A DNA stretch of 64,000 nt from positions 331,063 through 395,062 of the forward strand of contig JAWKSQ010000001.1 in the NCBI GenBank assembly GCA_041389045.1. Direction: 5' to 3'. The DNA is from Minisyncoccota bacterium. Its GTDB lineage: Bacteria > Patescibacteriota > Minisyncoccia > Phycocordibacterales > UBA918. Positions within the stretch are counted from its first letter, which is position 1. Every line of letters begins with the position of its first letter. The translations under genes were made by a program, and so were the position numbers. The notes below the pieces were generated by a model. That model saw only the letters and a program-made list of their open reading frames with translations. It was not told the origin of the DNA and made no database searches. This document shows, piece by piece, positions 54,998 through 64,000 of the stretch.

Positions 54998-55372
54998 ATG
55001 TTAATGATGCGTTTACAAAGAGTTGGTCGCAAAAATGAGCCATCCTACCGAATTGTGGTGGTGGACAAGCGAACTGGCCCAAAGAGTAATAAGAATATAG
55101 ATCAGCTTGGTTTTTATAACCCAAAGCTCGGTGTATTTGAGATTGATGGTGAGAAGGCTAAGGATTGGTTGTCTAAGGGAGTACAGGCTTCAGATACGGT
55201 TCACAACATGCTCGTATCAAAGAAGGTGATTGACGCTAAGAAAATCAACGTCCTACCAAAGATGAAGAATCGAAAAGCTGAACCAGTAGCCGAAGAAGAT
55301 ACACCAGAGGCAGAACCAGCTAAAGAGGAGGCTCCAGCTGAGGAAAAGGCTACCGAAGAAGTACCTGCCTAA
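54998..55372 (+). CDS. rpsP: Ribosomal protein S16 with acidic C-terminal extension
   Basis: M(LM)MRLQRVGRKNEPSYRIVVVDKR ... LGFYNP. Promoter-like TTGACC, a 17-nt spacer, then TGgTAATCT ending at 54986. In-frame ATGs at 54998, 55004 and 55007. Confidence 0.9.
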   Translation: MLMMRLQRVGRKNEPSYRIVVVDKRTGPKSNKNIDQLGFYNPKLGVFEIDGEKAKDWLSKGVQASDTVHNMLVSKKVIDAKKINVLPKMKNRKAEPVAEEDTPEAEPAKEEAPAEEKATEEVPA

Positions 55373-55397
55373 ATCCAACTAATATTCTTTACATTTT

Positions 55398-55418
55398 CCG
55401 TGCTTCTGCACGGTTTTT
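55398..55418 (+). terminator. Small terminator/attenuator hairpin after rpsP
   Basis: ccgtgc-ttc-tgcacgg followed by ttttt. Confidence 0.6.
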
Positions 55419-55421
55419 GTG

Positions 55422-55450
55422 TTGACGGGTAGTCACCTCTCTCGTATTAT
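55422..55450 (+). promoter_or_regulatory. Sigma-70-type promoter for the KH-protein gene
   Basis: TTGACG, a 17-nt spacer, then TATTAT. Confidence 0.55.
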
Positions 55451-55510
55451 ATAAAAAGCAACCCCGCCTTGGCGGTGTCAGCTTAACAGAATATCTAAGA
55501 AAATTGATGT

Positions 55511-55870
55511 ATGGATACAACGCATGAAGATAAACAGTTTCTTGAAGCGCTAGTAAAAGCTCTGGTTGACCACCCAGAAAGTGTAAATATTAATCGCACT
55601 GTAGATGAAATGGGCGTTCTTCTTACTTTGGACGTTCACGCAGAGGACATGGGTAAGATTATCGGTCGTTCAGGTAATACAGCTAAGGCCATCCGAACTC
55701 TACTTCGAGTAGTAGGGATGAAGCATGATGCTCGTGTGAATTTGAAGATTAATGAACCAGAAGGTGGAAGAGGAATGAATCAGGAAATGAGTGATGCGAT
55801 GAAGGAAGATAATCCAGCAGTGGCAACTCCTAAGTCTCTGGATGAAGCTATCGAAGACCTAAAAATTTAA
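55511..55870 (+). CDS. KH-domain RNA-binding protein (YlqC/UPF0109 family) with C-terminal extension
   Basis: LVKALVDHPESV ... DMGKIIGRSGNTAKAIRTLL (GxxG loop). The position after rpsP is conserved. Confidence 0.85.
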   Translation: MDTTHEDKQFLEALVKALVDHPESVNINRTVDEMGVLLTLDVHAEDMGKIIGRSGNTAKAIRTLLRVVGMKHDARVNLKINEPEGGRGMNQEMSDAMKEDNPAVATPKSLDEAIEDLKI

Positions 55871-56005
55871 TACTGGAAAATTTCTTTGTTGGACTACAAA
55901 ATGTTTCAGTCAATGTACTATTTGTACATCCCTCTCAAAATTTTTTGTCCGCCTCGAAATTTCCTCAGTCTAAAACCTTAGGAAGTTAAGATACTTAAAA
56001 CTATA

Positions 56006-56035
56006 AAAAGCCCGGCGCTACGCGCCGGGCTTTTT
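56006..56035 (+). terminator. Rho-independent terminator
   Basis: aaaaagcccggcgc-tac-gcgccgggcttttt. Confidence 0.85.
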
Positions 56036-56056
56036 CTATGCTAGGATTTCATTAAT

Positions 56057-56479
56057 ATGAAACCAGGTCAGGATTATGTCGGAGTATACGTGGGGACATT
56101 TGTTCATGATGGTAAAGGTCAGTATCTTTTAGGTTACAGGACTAAAAATTGTCGAGACGAGCAAGATTGTTGGGATATGACATTTAAAGTAGAATTAGGG
56201 GAAACACTTGAAGAAGCTGTGAGGCGAGAAATAAAAGAAGAGATTGGAGCTGAAGTGCTCACCCTAACTTATTTGGGGTATAAAGAAACATTTAGAGAGC
56301 ATGATGGCAAAAGACACATTGGGTTGGTTTTTATTATAAAGTTCTTGGGATCCATTGAGAGTAAAAATGTTGAACCTGATATGTGTTCTGAACTTCGTTG
56401 GTGTACACTTAATTCTATTCCTAAACCCCGTCATTCACATATGGACTCAAATCTAGAAAAATATAAAGATAAACTCTAA
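56057..56479 (+). CDS. Nudix hydrolase
   Basis: 140 aa. Nudix box VELGETLEEAVRREIKEEIGA. Confidence 0.85.
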   Translation: MKPGQDYVGVYVGTFVHDGKGQYLLGYRTKNCRDEQDCWDMTFKVELGETLEEAVRREIKEEIGAEVLTLTYLGYKETFREHDGKRHIGLVFIIKFLGSIESKNVEPDMCSELRWCTLNSIPKPRHSHMDSNLEKYKDKL

Positions 56480-56481
56480 AC

Positions 56482-57159
56482 ATGCATTTTCATATTATTA
56501 CGCTTTTTCCTGAACTTTGTGAACCGTATACCAGCGGGAGTATTTTGGGTCGGGCGCAAAAGACTGATAAAGGGGTAGGGGCTAAAGTACGGGGGAAGAA
56601 GATAGAAGTTTCATACTACAATCCCCGTGATTTTTCTAAAGATGCGCATAAGCGAGTTGATGACAGGCCTTATGGTGGCGGTCCAGGAATGGTGATGCAG
56701 GTCGAGCCGATTGTGCGCGCTTGGGAAAAGGCAGTTGGTCGGAAGAAAGATCAGGGTAAAGTACTGACTCTTATCATGTCGCCACGTGGTGAGACTTTTA
56801 CCCAAACTTTTGCCAAAAACTACGCCAAGAAATACGAACACTTAGTCCTTATTTGTGGTCGTTATGAAGGAATCGACGCTCGGGTAAAAGAAATCCTTAA
56901 GGCTAAAGATATATCAGTCGGGGATTATGTGTTGACTGGTGGGGAACTGCCGGCTCTCACTATTATCGACGCTGTCGCTAGACATATCCCTGGTGTTCTT
57001 GGTGAGTATGATTCACTCGAAGACGACCGTGCGACTAATGGCGAGACCTACACTAGACCACCAGTTTACACCTACAAAAAACAGGATTTTTCCGTCCCAG
57101 ACGTTCTAATGGGCGGTGACCATAAGCAAATTGACGCTTGGCGCTCTAAAAAGGGATAA
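56482..57159 (+). CDS. trmD: tRNA (guanine37-N1)-methyltransferase
   Basis: MHFHIITLFPE ... DDRPYGGGPGMVM ... LICGRYEGIDARV ... SVGDYVLTGGELPA. Confidence 0.95.
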   Translation: MHFHIITLFPELCEPYTSGSILGRAQKTDKGVGAKVRGKKIEVSYYNPRDFSKDAHKRVDDRPYGGGPGMVMQVEPIVRAWEKAVGRKKDQGKVLTLIMSPRGETFTQTFAKNYAKKYEHLVLICGRYEGIDARVKEILKAKDISVGDYVLTGGELPALTIIDAVARHIPGVLGEYDSLEDDRATNGETYTRPPVYTYKKQDFSVPDVLMGGDHKQIDAWRSKKG

Positions 57160-57165
57160 AAATAC

Positions 57166-57193
57166 TTGCATATATCGGTATATTTGGTATAAT
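57166..57193 (+). promoter_or_regulatory. Extended -10 promoter upstream of rpoB, leaving a ~180-220-nt leader
   Basis: TTGCAT, a 16-nt spacer, then TGgTATAAT. Confidence 0.55.
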
Positions 57194-57371
57194 CCTGGCC
57201 ACATACGTAAAGAGGTCTCGGGTGAGTTATGGTTGGGAGATGATTTCGTGTCGCGAGTCAAGGAACTTGATGACGATATTAATAAAATAAAACGGGCAGA
57301 AAATAAGAAAGCGCAAGCGATTGCGACTTTATATTTATGTCTGTTTGGGGGTTTAATAAAAATACCAGTCT

Positions 57372-60300
57372 ATGCAAGCAGGTAACAACAGTCATAGTGA
57401 AGTGTCTGTGGGAAACATGCCACAAAAGTTTTTCCAGGTGAGCCAAGCGCCGCGTATTGATTTACCAGATTTAATTGAACCACAGAGACTTTCTTTCACT
57501 TGGTTTATTGAAACTGCTCTAAAAGAAATTTTCACTGAATTCTCACCGATCAGTGACTATTCTGAGAAAAAGTTCGAACTAAAGTTCAAGAAGTACGAAC
57601 TAGGTGCGCCTAAATGCACACCTGAATTTGCTAAAGAAAACAAACTTACTTATGAGGCTCCTTTGCGCGCTCATGTAATTTTGAAGAACAAGACTTTTGA
57701 ATCTGAAAAAGATCAGGAGATTTTCATGACCGACATCCCAGTAATGACTAGTCATGGTACTTTCATTATTAATGGTGTTGAACGAGTAATTGTCCCCCAA
57801 CTAGCTCGTTCATACGGTATCTTTTTCACCGCTGAAGAAGTAAAAGGACGCCAGCTCTTTGGCGCTAAGATTATTCCAGCCCGTGGTGCTTGGATAGAGC
57901 TTGAGTCTGATGCTGAGGGAGTCATCTACGTTAAGATTGATCGCAAGAAGAAATTCCCAGTCTCTTCACTACTGCGAGTGATTGGTGTAGAAAAGGAAAA
58001 GGACATGATTGCTCTACTTAAGGATACTCCACGTGGTGAGGAGTATATGAAGGCCACGATTGCTAAAGATCCAGCTAAGACCACCGATGATTCTTTTGTG
58101 GAAATTTACCGACGTCTGCGTGACGGTGATTTGGCAACGGTTGAAAATGCTCGAGAGTTTGTTCGTTCTATTTTCTCACCAGAACGTTATGACCTTTCCG
58201 AAATCGGACGTCACCACTTTAATGAAAGATTTGGTCGACCAATCGACGCTAAGGCAACGGCTGAGCGAACTATTTCTATCGAGGATGTAAAGCTGATTTT
58301 AAATCACATCGTGGTCCAAAACCACGAAGCTGGAGCTTTGCCTGACGATATTGACCACTTAGGTTTCAGACGAGTTCGCTACTTTGGTGAAATGCTACAA
58401 CAGCGTGTTCGTGTTGGTATGACTCGCATGAAGCGAAACATTCAAGACCGCATGTCTACTATTGAGGCTGAGACTAGTCTTCCGATGCAGATCATTAACC
58501 CACGACCTCTGCAGGCTGCTATTAAGGAATTCTTTAGTACCAACCAACTTTCGCAATTCTCACAACAACAAAACATTCTCGCGGAAATCGAACACTTGCG
58601 TACTCTCTCGGCTCTTGGACCCGGAGGTCTGACTCGTGAACGAGCTGGCTTTGAAGTGCGTGACATTCACACTAGTCACTACGGACGACTTTGTCCGATT
58701 CATACACCAGAAGGACCAAACATTGGTCTCATTCTACGTCTCTCAATGTACTCTCGCGTTAATCGTTTCGGTATTATCGAAACACCATACGCTAAGGTAG
58801 AAAAGGGAGTCGTGACTGGTGAGGTAACTTACTTTAATGCTCATGAAGAAGAGAAGTTTAATATTGCTCATGCCGCGATTGAGGTAGATGACAAAGGCAA
58901 GATCAAGGCTGACTTCGTTGAAGCTAGACGAAAGGGTGCGCCAAAGCTAGTGGCTAGAAAAGATGTTGAATATATCGACATTGCTACCAACCAACCATTC
59001 TCAGTGGCTACTTCGATGATTCCTTTCCTTAACCATGACGACGCCAACCGTACTCTGATGGGTAGTAACATGCAGAAGCAGGCTACACCATGTGTAGTGC
59101 AAGAAGCTCCACTCGTAGCAACTGGAGTAGAAGGGATGGTAGCGCGCGACACTGGCCGAGTAATTTACGCTAGTGAAGCTGGAGAAGTGGTGGAGTCTGA
59201 TGCTAAGCATATTGTGGTCAAGAATAAGGAAGGTAAGAAGAAGGATTATGTCCTCACCAGCTTCCAAAGAACTAACGACTTCTCGGCTTTCTATCATCGT
59301 CCAGCGGTGACAGTTGGTGACAAGGTTAAAGCCGGAGATCTACTAGCTGATACTTCATCAACAGACAACGGTCAGATTGCGGTGGGACAAAACGCCCTGG
59401 TCGCTTTCATGAGTTGGAATGGTGCTAACTACGAAGACGCGATTGTTATTTCTGAACGTCTAGTGAAGAAGAGTAAGTTCTCGACGATTCATCTCGATGA
59501 GCTTGATGTCTCTGTCCGTGACACTAAGCTTGGACCCGAGGTTACTTCTTCAGACATTCCAAACGTTTCTGAACTTAAATTACGAAACCTAGATGAAAAC
59601 GGCATTATCCGTATCGGAGCCGAAGTTCGTCCAGGAGATATCTTGGTTGGTAAGGTAACACCAAAGGGTGAAACCCAACTAACTCCAGAAGAAAGACTGC
59701 TTCGCTCTATCTTTGGTGAAAAGGCTAAGGATGTAAAAGATACTTCACTACGTCTCGAAGCTGGTAAGCGTGGTCGCATCATTGGCGTAAAGATTTTCTC
59801 ACGCGAAAATGGTGACCAACTTGAAAGTGGAGTGATTAAGCGAATTCACGTCACTATCGCCCAAGTACGTAACATCTCAGTGGGAGACAAGCTCGCTGGT
59901 CGCCACGGAAACAAAGGTGTTATTTCTCGCATCTTGCCCGAAGAGGATATGCCATACACCGAAGACGGTCAGCCAATTGATGTCCTACTTACACCACTTG
60001 GTGTACCAAGTCGTATGAACCTAGGACAGATTCTAGAACTGCACTTAGGTATGGCTGCCAATACTCTTGGCTACCAAGCCATCGTGCCACCGTTTGCTGG
60101 TGCTACAGAACATCACGTTAAGGCTGAACTTAAGGCCGCTGGTCTACCAGAAGATGGCAAGATCCAGTTACGTGACGGCTTGACCGGAGAGAAGTTTGCG
60201 CAGAAGACGGCTGTTGGTTACATGTATATTCTTAAGCTTCACCACATGGTGGAAGACAAGATCCACATGCGTTCGATTGGGCCGTACTCACTTATTACGC

Positions 60301-60584
60301 AACAGCCTCTTGGTGGAAAGGCACAAGTGGGCGGTCAGCGTTTCGGAGAAATGGAAGTGTGGGCGCTCCTTGGTTATGGTGCCGCCTATACCTTGCGAGA
60401 AATGCTCACCATCAAGTCTGACGACATTGTTGGTCGTTCAGCCGCCTTCGACGCTATTGTGCGCGGAGAAAAGATTAGTCATCCTCATACACCGGCAGCC
60501 TTCAACGTACTGGTTAATCAACTGCGGGGTCTAGCTCTAGACGTTAAGCTCGAGCGAGCTGAACGTCCTAAGCGGGAGTATTAG
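57372..60584 (+). CDS. rpoB: DNA-directed RNA polymerase beta subunit
   Basis: 1070-aa ORF. The likely true start is in-frame ATG 57417 (MPQKFFQVSQAPRIDLPDLIEPQRLSF). Conserved blocks include GRHGNKGVISRI and GGQRFGEMEVWAL. Confidence 0.95.
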   Translation: MQAGNNSHSEVSVGNMPQKFFQVSQAPRIDLPDLIEPQRLSFTWFIETALKEIFTEFSPISDYSEKKFELKFKKYELGAPKCTPEFAKENKLTYEAPLRAHVILKNKTFESEKDQEIFMTDIPVMTSHGTFIINGVERVIVPQLARSYGIFFTAEEVKGRQLFGAKIIPARGAWIELESDAEGVIYVKIDRKKKFPVSSLLRVIGVEKEKDMIALLKDTPRGEEYMKATIAKDPAKTTDDSFVEIYRRLRDGDLATVENAREFVRSIFSPERYDLSEIGRHHFNERFGRPIDAKATAERTISIEDVKLILNHIVVQNHEAGALPDDIDHLGFRRVRYFGEMLQQRVRVGMTRMKRNIQDRMSTIEAETSLPMQIINPRPLQAAIKEFFSTNQLSQFSQQQNILAEIEHLRTLSALGPGGLTRERAGFEVRDIHTSHYGRLCPIHTPEGPNIGLILRLSMYSRVNRFGIIETPYAKVEKGVVTGEVTYFNAHEEEKFNIAHAAIEVDDKGKIKADFVEARRKGAPKLVARKDVEYIDIATNQPFSVATSMIPFLNHDDANRTLMGSNMQKQATPCVVQEAPLVATGVEGMVARDTGRVIYASEAGEVVESDAKHIVVKNKEGKKKDYVLTSFQRTNDFSAFYHRPAVTVGDKVKAGDLLADTSSTDNGQIAVGQNALVAFMSWNGANYEDAIVISERLVKKSKFSTIHLDELDVSVRDTKLGPEVTSSDIPNVSELKLRNLDENGIIRIGAEVRPGDILVGKVTPKGETQLTPEERLLRSIFGEKAKDVKDTSLRLEAGKRGRIIGVKIFSRENGDQLESGVIKRIHVTIAQVRNISVGDKLAGRHGNKGVISRILPEEDMPYTEDGQPIDVLLTPLGVPSRMNLGQILELHLGMAANTLGYQAIVPPFAGATEHHVKAELKAAGLPEDGKIQLRDGLTGEKFAQKTAVGYMYILKLHHMVEDKIHMRSIGPYSLITQQPLGGKAQVGGQRFGEMEVWALLGYGAAYTLREMLTIKSDDIVGRSAAFDAIVRGEKISHPHTPAAFNVLVNQLRGLALDVKLERAERPKREY

Positions 60585-60605
60585 TATTTTGTAATTACAT
60601 ATCAT

Positions 60606-64000
<3,395 letters not shown>

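Noticed and set aside
57116-57385. The 89-aa ORF after trmD as a candidate rplS (L19).
   Set aside because: The translation has no L19 similarity. It overlaps the trmD 3' end and spans the predicted rpoB promoter and leader.

Overview
This 64-kb window looks like a small-genome, monoderm, CPR/Patescibacteria-like bacterium. That placement is an inference from gene content: split transketolase, miniaturised EF-Ts, PheS and SMC, a sortase plus type IV pilins, and few Shine-Dalgarno sites. The genetic code is standard, since TAA, TAG and TGA all end conserved genes at the expected lengths.

Layout:
- (i) 0.4-13.2 kb is an accessory cell-surface region. It holds an ~8.5-kb repeat-mosaic giant surface-protein gene broken into many frame segments, followed by a compact 4-gene operon. 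The operon has two paralogous secreted beta-sandwich-type proteins, a DUF916/DUF3324-like membrane protein and an FN3 membrane protein, and resembles Firmicute WxL/Csc clusters.
- (ii) 13.2-23.9 kb is core: gap-rpiB-rpe-tktN-tktC, a PfkB kinase, rplY, a coiled-coil murein transglycosylase, rpmE, prfA, rpsB and tsf.
- (iii) 23.9-25.9 kb is a tRNA-Thr(UGU) hotspot. Two degenerate tRNA-derived units lie upstream. Downstream are a perfect 60-bp palindrome, a 212-bp-period repeat carrying acceptor-stem-like minihelix hairpins, a decayed response regulator and a decayed IS200-type tnpA.
- (iv) 25.9-64 kb is mostly core: a processive GT2 plus PEGA-like protein, pheS, a four-helix-bundle cassette, pheT, gyrB, a sortase with a 972-aa Ig-repeat substrate-like protein, thrS with a T-box leader, dnaE, decayed rnhB, rpmF, a nusB-Nudix fusion, rnc, two pilins, a short SMC, rnr, rpsP, a KH protein, a Nudix hydrolase, trmD, rpoB and rpoC (runs off the window).

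Caveat: at least 8 conserved single-copy genes carry -1 frameshifts at homopolymer runs. Many apparent pseudogenes are therefore probably sequencing or assembly indels rather than biology. No CRISPR array, cas genes, reverse transcriptase, integrase or rRNA were seen.
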